Counted from the first letter of the stretch, positions 47,601 through 57,465 are shown. The stretch: 64,000 nt of DNA from Bacteroidales bacterium (GCA_024400665.1 JAKSML010000004.1:9151-73150); one strand, 5' to 3'. Notes: generated by a model not told the origin, from the letters alone. Made by a program: numbers and translations.

Positions 47601-47885
47601 GTCTTAAAAATTCATAATGAAAAGAGCCTCGGCAAAAGGCATAGCAGCAGAGGCAGGACAGGTGCGTTCGACTGTTCTACTGAATGGAACAACAAGATGA
47701 GGAAGAGTGAGTTATCAGTCGAATGCCAATTCGACTGAGGTTCGATTGGAGGATAGAGGAGTAGAATGAGTAGAACGACCTCTTCTACGGTTGTGAAAAC
47801 AATCTGGCGCACTACAAATCTTCCTTTATTAGTGGCGATTGCGGACAATCATAAAAAAAGTTTTTCATATATAAAAAAAAAGTAG

Positions 47886-47893
47886 TATCTTTG
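47886..47893 (+). promoter_or_regulatory. -7 promoter box TATCTTTG upstream of the ftsE-like gene
   Basis: TAnnTTTG motif 19 nt upstream of the ATG at 47912. It overlaps the longer ORF start, which is therefore rejected. Confidence 0.5.
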
Positions 47894-47911
47894 CATTTTG
47901 AAATACTGTAT

Positions 47912-48592
47912 ATGGAGGCTCCTATTATATCACTCAAAGAGGTGACTATCAGTCACGATGACGGCCCACTGCTGTCGCACGTCACCCTCAAGGTTGACGC
48001 GGGCGAGTTCGTCTATCTCATCGGCAAGAGCGGCGCGGGCAAGACTTCGCTGCTGCGCACCCTTTATGCCGACCACAGCATCGACAGCGGCGAAGCCCAG
48101 GTGTGCGGCTACGACCTCATGCACCTCAAGCGCCGGCAGGTGCCCCTGCTGCGCAGGAGGGTGGGCATAGTCTTTCAGAACTTCCGCCTGCTCAAAGACC
48201 GCGACGTGTATGGCAACCTGCTCTTCGTGCTGCAGGCCACAGGCTGGGAGCGCGAGAGGATGGACGGCCAGGTGATGAAGGTGCTCGAAGCCGTGGGCAT
48301 AGCCGACAAGGCCCACGCCTCCATCCACCACCTCTCGGAGGGGGAGCAGCAGCGTGTGGGCATAGCCCGCGCCCTCATCAACGAGCCCACCCTCGTCCTC
48401 GCCGACGAGCCCACGGGCAACCTCGACCCCGCCACCTCGTCCGACATCATGCAGCTCCTGGTGGAGCTCAACCGGAAGACCGGCACCACCATGCTCATCT
48501 CCAGCCACGACTTCATGATGATCGACAAGTACCAGTCGCGCATGATAGTGTGCGAGAACGGCACCGTCACCGACCCTTCGGCCACGAGCTGA
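47912..48592 (+). CDS. ftsE: Cell-division-type ABC ATP-binding protein (FtsE-like)
   Basis: Walker A is GKSGAGKTSLL, the signature is LSEGEQQRV, and Walker B is LVLADEPTGNLD. At ~226 aa the size is typical of FtsE. No ftsX is adjacent. Confidence 0.75.
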   Translation: MEAPIISLKEVTISHDDGPLLSHVTLKVDAGEFVYLIGKSGAGKTSLLRTLYADHSIDSGEAQVCGYDLMHLKRRQVPLLRRRVGIVFQNFRLLKDRDVYGNLLFVLQATGWERERMDGQVMKVLEAVGIADKAHASIHHLSEGEQQRVGIARALINEPTLVLADEPTGNLDPATSSDIMQLLVELNRKTGTTMLISSHDFMMIDKYQSRMIVCENGTVTDPSATS

Positions 48593-48670
48593 CGCCCGTC
48601 ACTTTTTTTGCAGCTAAGACAATAAAAGAACAATATACACGTTATACTTCATAATATCAATATTCACAAG

Positions 48671-49747
48671 ATGAAAAAGAACATCCTCATAATCTGCCTC
48701 GCCGCCCTGATGCTCCTCCCCGCTCTCGACGCCCAGGCTCAGTATCGCAAGAAGAAACCTACCACCGAGATAGCCAAGGAAGGCTACAACAAGCGCCTCT
48801 GGCTCCGCAGCAAGGCCGACACGAACTGGCACCCCACCCCGGGAGGCCTCTACGAGCAGGTGACGCTCCCCGAGCTCGCCGGCAAGAAGGGCAAGAAGAC
48901 CGAGCCCATCATCGACCAGAGCGGCAAGCACAAAGTGCGCGAGGCTGCCTACGACACCGTGTGGAAGTTCACCGCTTTCGATGCTAAGAAGTTCTACTAT
49001 ATCGACTACGACTACAACCAGTTCCGCACCGTGAAGTGGCAGAAGGACGACAAGCGCGACTGGGGCGCCTTCGACCCCGTCTGGGACTACCTCTCCTCCG
49101 CCGGCCGCATCCCTATGCACATCTGCGCCATCTACGCCATCAACCCCACCATCAAGGATCAGGACCAGCATGACGAGCTGGCCGCCAAAGCCCAGATGGA
49201 AGCCCTCATCTCGCTCGACTACTTCCGCGACATCGTCATCGAGAAGGAGATGAAGAACAAGATCACCTACAAGGTCTCCGAAGTCGATTGGCGCTACTGG
49301 AAGGACGACGCCTACTACAGCGAGGAACAGCCCACCTCCGACTACATCCGCGTAGGCCTCATCGTTGATTTCAGCTCCAAGAAGGTCGATCTCCTGCCCA
49401 GCCCCGCCAAGGACGCACAGACCTTCCCCGTCATCAAGTTCTTCGCCAACGACGCCACCATCCAGGCCTCCTACTACCCCGAACTCGACAACCTTGCCAG
49501 CTACCTCAAGCAGGAGAGCGGCCTCGAAGTGCTCCTCACCGGCTATAGCGACAACGTGGGCACCGAGACCTACAACATGGGCCTCTCACGCCAGCGCGCC
49601 GTGGAAGTGAAGAAAGCCCTCATCAAACGCGGCATCGAGGAGACCCGCATCGAGGTCATCGCCAAGGGCGAGGACGAGCCCGTGGGCGACAACAACACCC
49701 TCAACGGACGCATGGCCAACAACCGCGTCACGGTGGTCATCCAATAG
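48671..49747 (+). CDS. OmpA-family protein (C-terminal OmpA/peptidoglycan-binding domain)
   Basis: 358-aa ORF with a signal peptide. The C-terminal block is LTGYSDNVGTETYNMGLSRQRAVEVKKALIKRGI...NNRVTVVI. Confidence 0.8.
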   Translation: MKKNILIICLAALMLLPALDAQAQYRKKKPTTEIAKEGYNKRLWLRSKADTNWHPTPGGLYEQVTLPELAGKKGKKTEPIIDQSGKHKVREAAYDTVWKFTAFDAKKFYYIDYDYNQFRTVKWQKDDKRDWGAFDPVWDYLSSAGRIPMHICAIYAINPTIKDQDQHDELAAKAQMEALISLDYFRDIVIEKEMKNKITYKVSEVDWRYWKDDAYYSEEQPTSDYIRVGLIVDFSSKKVDLLPSPAKDAQTFPVIKFFANDATIQASYYPELDNLASYLKQESGLEVLLTGYSDNVGTETYNMGLSRQRAVEVKKALIKRGIEETRIEVIAKGEDEPVGDNNTLNGRMANNRVTVVIQ

Positions 49748-49753
49748 TCTTTC

Positions 49754-50665
49754 ATGACAGATAAAGAACAATACAGAATACTATGCGAAACAGAGGGGTC
49801 TAACATCCCTCTGTTTCTGCAATATTGGTGGATGGAATCCGTCTGCTGCGGCAAGCGGTGGGACGTCATCCTCCTCCGCGACGGCCACGGCACCATCACC
49901 GCAGCCCTCCCCTACCTCATAGGCTCCAAGCTCGGCCTCCGCTACATCCTCCAGCCACAGCTCACCCAGTACAACGGCCCCTGGTTCCGCCCAGGCACCA
50001 ACGTTCCCGCAGCCACCCAACAGCTTATCCAAGAGCTTCGCAAGCTCCACCTCACCTTCTACCGACAGAGCTTCGCCCCCGCCACCCCCAACATCGAGGC
50101 ATGGCAGGGCTACGAGAAGCAAGCCCGCGTCACCTACCGCATCGAGGACATTTCCGACCCTCAGCAGCTCTTCTCTCACTTCGACAAAAGACATCGCCGC
50201 ACGCAAATACGCAGTGCCTCAAAGGTGCTGCACCCCGCAGATATCACCCCCGAGGCCTTCGCCGACTTCCACACCCGCTACTGGAACTCACGCGGCGAGG
50301 ATGACCTCCTCTCGCGGCCCTTCATCATCCGCATCATCACCGCAGCCCTCCAGCGCGGCCAGGGGCTCCTCGTCGCCGTGGCCGACGACAGCGGCGTCAT
50401 CCATGCCGCACGCTTTGTCGCCTTCGACGCCAACAGCGCCTACAGCCTCCTCTCTGCCCTCGCTCCCGACCACCACAACGGAGCCTCACCCTACACCTTC
50501 TGGCTCATACTCCAGCAGCTGGCAGGCAAGACCCGCGCCTTCGACTTCGAGGGTAGCATGACGCCCTCCATAGCCCACGCCTACAGCCTCTACGGCTCCC
50601 AGCCCACAACATTCTATCAACTGACACGATGCAAGAATCCCATCATACGCAAGATAATCAAATAG
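49754..50665 (+). CDS. GNAT-fold acyltransferase (FemAB/BioF2-like acetyltransferase family)
   Basis: 303-aa ORF. Assigned by general resemblance to Acetyltransf_6/FemAB-like proteins (LQPQLTQYNGPW..., ...AFDFEGS). No catalytic motif was verified. Confidence 0.45.
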   Translation: MTDKEQYRILCETEGSNIPLFLQYWWMESVCCGKRWDVILLRDGHGTITAALPYLIGSKLGLRYILQPQLTQYNGPWFRPGTNVPAATQQLIQELRKLHLTFYRQSFAPATPNIEAWQGYEKQARVTYRIEDISDPQQLFSHFDKRHRRTQIRSASKVLHPADITPEAFADFHTRYWNSRGEDDLLSRPFIIRIITAALQRGQGLLVAVADDSGVIHAARFVAFDANSAYSLLSALAPDHHNGASPYTFWLILQQLAGKTRAFDFEGSMTPSIAHAYSLYGSQPTTFYQLTRCKNPIIRKIIK

Positions 50666-51609
50666 CGCAGCAGCTCCGCAGCCTCGACTATGCCGCCCTC
50701 CCCATCAGCGACTACAGCCGCAGCTACATCCTGCGGCTGCTGCCCAACCTCGACTACTACCTCGACATCTACCGCCGCTGCCTCGCACAGATGCTCGCAG
50801 CCCTCGGTCTCGCGCCCGCGCAGGTCGTCATGGTCGATTACGGCGGCGGCCACGGATTCCTCTCCCTCTTTGCCAAAAGCCAGGGCATAGGCCGCGTCGT
50901 CTATATCGACTACAACCCACAGGCAGCCGAGACCGTCACCGCCATAAGCAGCCAGATCGGGCTTTCGCCCGACGTCATCCTCTGCGGCTCCTCAGCAGAG
51001 CTGCGCCAATGGTGCCGCGACAACGGCGTCGTCCCTCACGCCCTCCTCGGCATGGACGTCATCGAGCACATCTACCGCCTCGACACCTTCTTTGCCGACC
51101 TCCAGGCCATCAACCCCAAGCTCTACCAGCTCTACACCACCGGCTCCACCCCTTACAACCGCCATGTGGTAAAGCGGCTTCATCAGTTCATGCTCGCCGA
51201 CGAACTCGGCCACAACGGACAGCCCGGATTCTTCCAACTGCGGAGAGACCACATAGCCGCCCACTTCCCCACCCTCACAGCCTTGCAGCTCGACGCCTGG
51301 GCACAAGCCACCCGCGGCCTCGCCTACGACGACATACTACAAGCCGTCGAGACTGGCATCCCCGACCCCATCTCCGACCCCTACAACACTTGCGACCCCG
51401 CCACCGGCAGCTGGACCGAGCGCATCCTCACCCTCGCCCAGTACCAAGAGCTCGCCCGCCCATGCGGCTTCGACCTCGCCGTCGCCAACGGCTTCTACAA
51501 CGACAGTCGCCACGGCCTCAAAGGCCTCATCTCCAAAGGTCTCAACATATTGTTACACTGCAGACGCCTCCGCGCCCTCGCCCCTTTCATCATCATCCAC
51601 ACACCATGA
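50629..51609 (+). CDS. Class I SAM-dependent methyltransferase
   Basis: 326-aa ORF with motif I VVMVDYGGGHG and a post-I acidic residue (VVYIDYN). It overlaps both neighbours, by 37 nt upstream and 4 nt downstream. Confidence 0.6.
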   Translation: MQESHHTQDNQIAQQLRSLDYAALPISDYSRSYILRLLPNLDYYLDIYRRCLAQMLAALGLAPAQVVMVDYGGGHGFLSLFAKSQGIGRVVYIDYNPQAAETVTAISSQIGLSPDVILCGSSAELRQWCRDNGVVPHALLGMDVIEHIYRLDTFFADLQAINPKLYQLYTTGSTPYNRHVVKRLHQFMLADELGHNGQPGFFQLRRDHIAAHFPTLTALQLDAWAQATRGLAYDDILQAVETGIPDPISDPYNTCDPATGSWTERILTLAQYQELARPCGFDLAVANGFYNDSRHGLKGLISKGLNILLHCRRLRALAPFIIIHTP

Positions 51610-52079
51610 ACATCAAGCTCCTCGTCGTTTCCAAGACCGACATCCCCTACCTTCAGGAAGGCATCGACATCTACGTCAAAAGACTGAAGCACTACGTCAA
51701 CTTCGACCTCGAAGTCATCCCCGCTCTCAAAGACCAGAAGGGCGCCTCGCCCGAGGAAATCAAAGAGCGCGAAGCCGCCCTCCTGCTCAAACGTCTCGAA
51801 GGCGCTGACCGCATCGTCCTCCTCGACGAGCATGGCAAAGAGCACACCTCCGTGGGGTTCTCGCAATACCTCCAGAAGCAGATGAACGCCGGCACCCGCA
51901 GCCTTGTCTTCGTCGTCGGCGGTGCCTTCGGCTTCGCCCCCAGCATCTACAACGTGGCGCACGACAAGATATCCCTCTCCCAGATGACCTTCAACCACCA
52001 GATGGTGCGCCTCTTCTTCGTCGAACAGCTCTACCGCGCCTTCACCATCCTCCATCACGAGCCCTACCACAACAACTAA
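51606..52079 (+). CDS. rlmH: 23S rRNA (pseudouridine1915-N3)-methyltransferase RlmH
   Basis: 157 aa starting MNIKLLVVSKT. It has a SPOUT C-terminal knot (FVVGGAFG...LSLSQMTFNHQMVR...EQLYRA. .I...PYH). The longer ORF 51009.. is a GC artefact. Confidence 0.9.
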   Translation: MNIKLLVVSKTDIPYLQEGIDIYVKRLKHYVNFDLEVIPALKDQKGASPEEIKEREAALLLKRLEGADRIVLLDEHGKEHTSVGFSQYLQKQMNAGTRSLVFVVGGAFGFAPSIYNVAHDKISLSQMTFNHQMVRLFFVEQLYRAFTILHHEPYHNN

Positions 52080-52194
52080 CACCCATGCCTGCAAAGGGCG
52101 GAAAGAAGACTATTGTCCGCAGCCTTGCAAGGCCGAATCTTTCGTCATATTTCAGTCCGAGCCTAATCCCGCTCGGCGAGGGACGTTGAAGTCA

Positions 52195-52235
52195 ACAGAA
52201 AAACAAAGAACGGCCCTCCGTGGGGAGAACCGTTC
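52195..52235 (-). terminator. Terminator after rpmF
   Basis: The minus strand reads gaacggttctccccacggagggccgttc, followed by tttgtttttc. Confidence 0.7.
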
Positions 52236-52262
52236 TCATTCTTTTAGCCTGACAGCGGAGAA

Positions 52263-52448
52263 CTATTCTTCAGTGTTCTTCTCGATGGCTAACTTACCTC
52301 TGTAGTATCCGCATTCGGGACATACGTGGTGGTACATTACAGGAGCACCGCAGTTGCTGCAAGTCGTAATCTGCGCTTTCTCCAAGCTGTCGTGCGTTCT
52401 TCTCTTAGCAGTTCTTGTCTGCGAGAATCTGTGTTTTGGATGTGGCAT
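52263..52448 (-). CDS. rpmF: 50S ribosomal protein L32
   Basis: 61 aa starting MPHPKHRFSQTRTAKRRTH, with two CxxC zinc-ribbon pairs (CSNCG, CPECG). Confidence 0.9.
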   Translation of the reverse strand: MPHPKHRFSQTRTAKRRTHDSLEKAQITTCSNCGAPVMYHHVCPECGYYRGKLAIEKNTEE

Positions 52449-52468
52449 AATTTATAATTTTTATTTGT

Positions 52469-53005
52469 TTATTTATCTAATAAGTTTTTGAGTGCGGCCC
52501 AACGGGGGTCGGTCTCACCCTCACCCAGCTCTCTCACCTCCGTCTCGTCGTCCTCTTCGTGCGCCTCCGTGATGTATTGGAGCATCTCTTCGTCGCACTG
52601 TCCTTCGGGATGCACATGCTGCATGGGCATACTCACAGCCACATACTCATACATCCACTGGGCCAGGTCTATCTGGTAGGCGCCTTCGGGGAGGAGCACC
52701 ACGTCCTCGTCCTCGCTGGTCTCGGTGTCGCTGAACTTCACACACAACATCTCTTCTCCGCTCACCGGCACCTCTATGTCGCCCAAGCAGCGGTCGCATA
52801 CCGACTTCACGCTCCCCTCGAAGGTGAAAGTGAAGAGCAACATGCGCTCGCGTCGCTCCAGAATGACCTTAAAAATGACTTTTCCATCCCTCAATTCCTC
52901 ATTTTCGTACCCTTCAAAGAAGGTCTTGTCCAACACGTAGTCATACTCGTATCTTCCTGGCTTTAAGCCACTAAACTGGACAATTGTACTATTCTCACTT
53001 GTCAT
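52469..53005 (-). CDS. yceD: YceD/DUF177 family protein
   Basis: 178-aa acidic ORF immediately upstream of rpmF (conserved gene pair). It has the CDRCL..(V/I) motif. Confidence 0.75.
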   Translation of the reverse strand: MTSENSTIVQFSGLKPGRYEYDYVLDKTFFEGYENEELRDGKVIFKVILERRERMLLFTFTFEGSVKSVCDRCLGDIEVPVSGEEMLCVKFSDTETSEDEDVVLLPEGAYQIDLAQWMYEYVAVSMPMQHVHPEGQCDEEMLQYITEAHEEDDETEVRELGEGETDPRWAALKNLLDK

Positions 53006-53026
53006 TTTTGCATTCTATTGAGTTTG

Positions 53027-53034
53027 CAAAGATA
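53027..53034 (-). promoter_or_regulatory. -7 promoter box TATCTTTG (minus strand) for yceD-rpmF
   Basis: Plus strand reads caaagata, 22 nt upstream of the ATG at 53005. Confidence 0.5.
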
Positions 53035-53152
53035 CAACTTTTTTCTGATATATCGAATTTTATTTGCTTTTTTTCGCAAAAAAATATTATGGAAGTCCTT
53101 TTCGACTTGTCTGTCGAAAGCCGTTTGGCAGCGGCGGCGAGTCTTTCGCGTG

Positions 53153-53797
53153 TCACTTTTCGACAGGCAGACAGAAGTGCATGGGATGCAACTCGCCCAC
53201 CTCGATGGCCTGCATCAGTTGATTGGCGCCGCGCATCCGTTCCTCGCCCAGACGGGGGTCGATGGGGAACATGGCATAATCCACGCGCGGGTGATCGTGC
53301 CGTATGTCGCGAACGATGGAAAGGAAGAGCTTCTCCATCTGCTCGGGCGTAATCTTCACGCGGTCGGTTTCCTCGTGCGGGAAATACCAGTTGTTGCAGT
53401 CGCCGGCATGAAAGAGCTTGGTGCCATCGCGCAGGGTTACAACGCAGCACACGCCCACGTCGGTGGAGCGATAAGCCTGAAGGCGAAAAAAGGGCGTCTC
53501 CACGCTCTCGCCAAAGCGGAGCACTGCCAGAGGCAGTTCGCGCGGTATGCGGCGGCGCTTCACAGTGTCGTAAGAGGGCAGCAGATGCCAGCCCGTATGG
53601 CTGGCACAGAGCGACGGCAACACTGCATTATAGTGGTCCTCGTGGAAGTGCGAGACCACGAAATAGACCTCGCGGCCCTCACTACGGCTCAGCAGTTCAG
53701 CCAGCCGCCCATCAGGGTCGCGCCAATAGTCGAAGACAATGAGGCAGTCCGCCTCCTCAGCGACAAAACAGCTATGATAAATATAATGAAGCGTCAC
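53153..53797 (-). CDS. MBL-fold metallo-hydrolase
   Basis: 214-aa ORF with the HxHxDH motif as SHFHEDHYN. The opposite-strand ORF 53018..53818 is low-complexity. Confidence 0.65.
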   Translation of the reverse strand: MTLHYIYHSCFVAEEADCLIVFDYWRDPDGRLAELLSRSEGREVYFVVSHFHEDHYNAVLPSLCASHTGWHLLPSYDTVKRRRIPRELPLAVLRFGESVETPFFRLQAYRSTDVGVCCVVTLRDGTKLFHAGDCNNWYFPHEETDRVKITPEQMEKLFLSIVRDIRHDHPRVDYAMFPIDPRLGEERMRGANQLMQAIEVGELHPMHFCLPVEK

Positions 53798-53901
53798 GAA
53801 GAGAAATGTTACGTATAATAAATTAGACGGCCTTTTTTATTGATGATTGGGCTGGCGAGGTTTTTCAATTCTCCACCTTCTCTCCCATCATCGCTCTTAC
53901 C

Positions 53902-54306
53902 TCAGAACGGCTTAGGGGTGAAGTCGATGATGACCCACTGTTCGTCAAACATGATATCTTCCAACGTGATGCGGTCGAAGAGCTGAGCCGTCTGCGGGTT
54001 CTTGCCCAACATGAGGCGGAGCTGGTTGCCGCCCATCATCTCCAGCATGTCGCCACCCGGACGTCCTTGAGCCTGGCTGAGAGCGGTGCGAAGCATAAAC
54101 TCGATGCCGGCACCACCGCCGAAAGAGAGATAGATGTCGCTGCCGAACACGCGGTCAACGGTGATGTCGAGCCCCACAGAGCTCATAAGCGGCACCTTAT
54201 AAGAGATGCGGACAGTGTGCGGTCCGCCGTAAGACATGGGAAGTTCTTTGCCCGACTTGCTGGAAATCAGCTGCTCGGCTTCGGTATAAGAGATACGGAA
54301 CTGCAT
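53902..54306 (-). CDS. Hypothetical protein (134 aa)
   Basis: The ORF has balanced composition and fills the gap between flanking genes. No family was recognised. Confidence 0.45.
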   Translation of the reverse strand: MQFRISYTEAEQLISSKSGKELPMSYGGPHTVRISYKVPLMSSVGLDITVDRVFGSDIYLSFGGGAGIEFMLRTALSQAQGRPGGDMLEMMGGNQLRLMLGKNPQTAQLFDRITLEDIMFDEQWVIIDFTPKPF

Positions 54307-54460
54307 AGTATGATATTATTTTATGACAATAACGTGCCCACCCCGCAAAAAATTGTGTCCCCTACCGAAAAAAGAAAGCCATCCCTCGAAGTCTCTGAAC
54401 CATCCTAAAAAGGACGAAAGGCCTCTACCCTACTCTTAATTCTCACACTGCTTAGCCTTA

Positions 54461-54500
54461 TAAAAACAGCCAAGGGGACAGACGGTGTCTGTCCCCTTGG
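54461..54500 (-). terminator. Terminator after rimO
   Basis: ccaaggggacagac-ggtg-tctgtccccttgg forms a 13-bp stem. The minus strand continues with ctgttttta. Confidence 0.75.
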
Positions 54501-54526
54501 TTGTTATGGATGCGGGCGAAGCCCAA

Positions 54527-55837
54527 TCAGACTATCATGCCGTAGAGGTCGTGTTCCAGAGCCTGAGTGATGCGGACCTGGTAGAAGGTGCCAGGACGGA
54601 GGACGCGGGTGGCTTCGACGAGGATTTCTTCATCGACTTCGGGACTGTCGTATTCGGTACGGCCGACGTAGTAGTCGCCCTCACGGCGGTCAATGAGGAC
54701 ACGGTATTCGCGTCCCACGCGAGCCTGGTTCTTGGCCAAGGATATCTCATCCTGCAGAGCCATGAGTTCGCCGACACGACGAGCCTTCTCCTGCTCGGTG
54801 ACGGGGTCGCCAAGGATCTCGGCAGGGGTGCCCTCTTCGAGGGAGTAGGCGAAACAGCCCATGCGGTCGAACTGCGCCTCGCGGACGAAGTCTTTAAGCT
54901 CCTGAAACTCCTTCTCGCCCTCGCCGGGGTAGCCGACGATGAGGGTGGTGCGGATGGTGACGTCGGGCATCTGTTCGCGGAAGTGGCGCAGGAGCTGGAG
55001 GGTTCCCTCGCGGTCGATTCCGCGCTGCATGGAGGAGAGAATGCGGCTGTTGATGTGCTGGAGGGGTATGTCAATATAGTTGCAGATGTTGTCGTGGCGG
55101 CGCATGACCTCGATGGCATCGAGGGGGAAGGAGCGCGGATAAGTGTAGTGGAGACGTATCCATTCGGCGCCGGTCTCGGTGGCGAGGCGTTCGAGGAGGT
55201 CGCCCAAGCAGCGACGGCCGTAGAGGTCGAGACCGTAGTATGTGGTATCCTGGGCGATGATGATGAGTTCTTTGACACCTTGCTGCACAAGGCGACGACC
55301 TTCGGCGACAAGGTCGTCGATGGGACGCGACTGATGACGGCCACGGATGAGAGGTATGGCACAGTAGGAGCAGCCACGATTGCAGCCTTCAGCAATCTTG
55401 AGGTAGGCATAATGCTTGGGCGTAGAGGTGGTACGAAGGCTGAAGAAGTCGTCGCGGGACTTGTCCGCAACTTCGCGCTCAACAATCTCGTTCCACTGAT
55501 GGACACCGTACCAGGCATCGATTTCGGGCATGGACTGCTGGAGGTCGCGGCGGTAGCGTTCGACAAGACAGCCGAAGGCTATGAGGCGGCGGGTGCGGCC
55601 GTCTTTCTGGTGACGGCGATTGTAGTTGGCCTTGGCAGCGGCCTGTTCGAGGAGAGTGTTGACGGACTCCTCTTTGGCGTCGCCGATGAAGCCGCAAGTG
55701 TTGACGAGGACGATGTCGGCATCGTTCTTGGGGCAGTCGAAGACCACTGTATGACCGGCTTTGGCGAAGTGGCCGGCGAGGTTTTCGGAATCGACGGTGT
55801 TCTTGCTACAGCCGAGGGTGATGATGTTTACTTTCAT
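54527..55837 (-). CDS. rimO: Ribosomal protein S12 methylthiotransferase RimO (radical SAM, TRAM domain)
   Basis: 436-aa ORF starting MKVNIITLGCSKNTVDSE. The radical-SAM cluster is CNRGCSYC, and there is a C-terminal TRAM-like domain. Confidence 0.9.
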   Translation of the reverse strand: MKVNIITLGCSKNTVDSENLAGHFAKAGHTVVFDCPKNDADIVLVNTCGFIGDAKEESVNTLLEQAAAKANYNRRHQKDGRTRRLIAFGCLVERYRRDLQQSMPEIDAWYGVHQWNEIVEREVADKSRDDFFSLRTTSTPKHYAYLKIAEGCNRGCSYCAIPLIRGRHQSRPIDDLVAEGRRLVQQGVKELIIIAQDTTYYGLDLYGRRCLGDLLERLATETGAEWIRLHYTYPRSFPLDAIEVMRRHDNICNYIDIPLQHINSRILSSMQRGIDREGTLQLLRHFREQMPDVTIRTTLIVGYPGEGEKEFQELKDFVREAQFDRMGCFAYSLEEGTPAEILGDPVTEQEKARRVGELMALQDEISLAKNQARVGREYRVLIDRREGDYYVGRTEYDSPEVDEEILVEATRVLRPGTFYQVRITQALEHDLYGMIV

Positions 55838-56784
55838 TTGTTTTCGAAGAGACTATCGACAAAATCGTCGGCATTGAAGACTTGGAGGTCGGTCATTTTC
55901 TCGCCCAAGCCGATGTAGCGGACGGGGACGTCGAACTGGTCGCTGATGCCGATGATGACGCCGCCCTTGGCGGTACCATCGAGTTTAGTGAGTGCCAAAG
56001 CGTTGACATCGGTGGCTGCCGTGAACTGGCGAGCCTGCTCGACAGCGTTCTGGCCGGTGCTGGCATCGAGGACGAGGAGCACCTCGTGGGGCGCGTCGGG
56101 CATAAGTTTCTGCATGACCTTCTTGATCTTGCCGAGCTCGTTCATGAGACCCACCTTGTTGTGGAGACGTCCGGCGGTGTCGATAAGCACCACGTCCATC
56201 TCTTTGGAGATGGCGGACTGGAGGGTGTCGTAGGCCACAGAGGCGGGGTCGGCGTTCATGCCCTGCTGGACGATGGGGACGCCCACCTTGTCGGCCCAGA
56301 GCTGCAGCTGCTCGACGGCGGCGGCGCGGAAGGTGTCGGCAGCGCCGAGCATGACCTTCTTGCCAGCCTGCTTGTACTGATAGGCGAGCTTGGCAATAGT
56401 GGTGGTCTTGCCCACGCCATTGACGCCGACGACGAGGACGACGTAGGGCTTACGTGGGAGCGGTGAGTCGAAATCCTCGGGGAAGTCGTGCTCGTGCTTG
56501 CGCAGGAGGGTGGCTATCTCGGCACGGAGGATGGAGTTGAGCTCGTTGGTGCTGATGTATTTGTCGCGCTTGATGCGTTCTTGGAGCCTGTCAATGATTT
56601 TGAGGGTGGTTTCAACACCCACGTCGGAGGTGATGAGGGTCTCTTCGAGGTTGTCGAGGACGCTGTCATCGACCGTAGATTTGCCCAAGACCGTCTTGGA
56701 CAGCTTTGAGAAGAAGCTCTCCTTGGTCTTGGTGAGTCCTTGGTCGAGCGTCTCTTTCTTTTCTTTTCTGCTAAATAGTCCCAT
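55834..56784 (-). CDS. ftsY: Signal recognition particle receptor FtsY
   Basis: 316-aa ORF with GVNGVGKTTTIAKLA, DTAGR and TKLDGTAKGG. Confidence 0.95.
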   Translation of the reverse strand: MGLFSRKEKKETLDQGLTKTKESFFSKLSKTVLGKSTVDDSVLDNLEETLITSDVGVETTLKIIDRLQERIKRDKYISTNELNSILRAEIATLLRKHEHDFPEDFDSPLPRKPYVVLVVGVNGVGKTTTIAKLAYQYKQAGKKVMLGAADTFRAAAVEQLQLWADKVGVPIVQQGMNADPASVAYDTLQSAISKEMDVVLIDTAGRLHNKVGLMNELGKIKKVMQKLMPDAPHEVLLVLDASTGQNAVEQARQFTAATDVNALALTKLDGTAKGGVIIGISDQFDVPVRYIGLGEKMTDLQVFNADDFVDSLFENK

Positions 56785-56857
56785 ATCGCGTTATGTATTA
56801 TGAGTTAAGGCTTTGGCGTAGGCGTGCGGACACCCAGGCTTTCAGCCCATGCTATTT

Positions 56858-57424
56858 TTATTGGATGCCCAGCTTTTTGTTCATCGTGGGACGGATTTCC
56901 TTGTCGAAGATCTTGACGTATTTATCGAAAGCGTAATGCTTGTAGTCGCCCGAGGCGAAGAACCAGAGCATAACGACGAGGTCTTCGGGTGTCTGATAGC
57001 CTTGGATAACGGTGATCTGCGACTTGTTGGAGGCAAAGATACCGAAGGAGGGGAAGCCCATCTGGGTGCCTAAGACCTTGCGGGCGAAACTGTGGGTGCT
57101 GGGTCGGGCACCGGGGGCGGTGATGGTATTGTTGTACTTGGTGCCGTTCCAGGTGAACTCGGAGCTGCCCTCAGCGTCGAACTTCACGGGGATGTAGTAG
57201 GTGGAGAGTATTTTTGCCACCGTAGCGTTGGTAAAAGTGTTGCGATCCATCTTCTTGCACCAGCCGCACCAGGAGGTGTAGAAATCGACAAAATAGAGCT
57301 TGGCATTGCCCTTGGTGTCGATTTTGGCTGCCTGTTCGATAGACTTCCATTCGATATGCTGAGCCTGGATGCCGCCTGCGAAGAAACAGGCGAGGGTGAG
57401 AAAGAGGAGTAGTTTTTTTGTCAT
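56858..57424 (-). CDS. Thioredoxin-fold protein (secreted, CxxC)
   Basis: 188-aa ORF with a signal peptide and the motif FYTSWCGWCKKM. Confidence 0.7.
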   Translation of the reverse strand: MTKKLLLFLTLACFFAGGIQAQHIEWKSIEQAAKIDTKGNAKLYFVDFYTSWCGWCKKMDRNTFTNATVAKILSTYYIPVKFDAEGSSEFTWNGTKYNNTITAPGARPSTHSFARKVLGTQMGFPSFGIFASNKSQITVIQGYQTPEDLVVMLWFFASGDYKHYAFDKYVKIFDKEIRPTMNKKLGIQ

Positions 57425-57465
57425 ATTGTGATATATTTTTGTTACTTATATATTTTAAAGTTCGG

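Noticed and set aside
47700-47760. GGTTCGATT sequence resembling a tRNA T-loop.
   Set aside because: The flanking bases cannot form a T-stem (tgagg / ggagg) or an acceptor stem, so there is no cloverleaf.
47612-47848. 78-aa minus-strand ORF between the R-M island and ftsE.
   Set aside because: It is a leucine-rich translation of word-repeat DNA, with no start context, and it overlaps the likely ftsE leader.
51009-52079. 356-aa ORF spanning the methyltransferase gene in another frame.
   Set aside because: Only the last 157 aa (from ATG 51606) form the RlmH SPOUT fold. The upstream 199 aa are R/P/H-rich frame-shift noise over the real SAM-MTase gene.
53018-53818. 266-aa plus-strand ORF opposite the MBL-fold hydrolase.
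   Set aside because: The minus-strand frame carries the HxHxDH metal-binding motif and sensible composition, while the plus frame does not.
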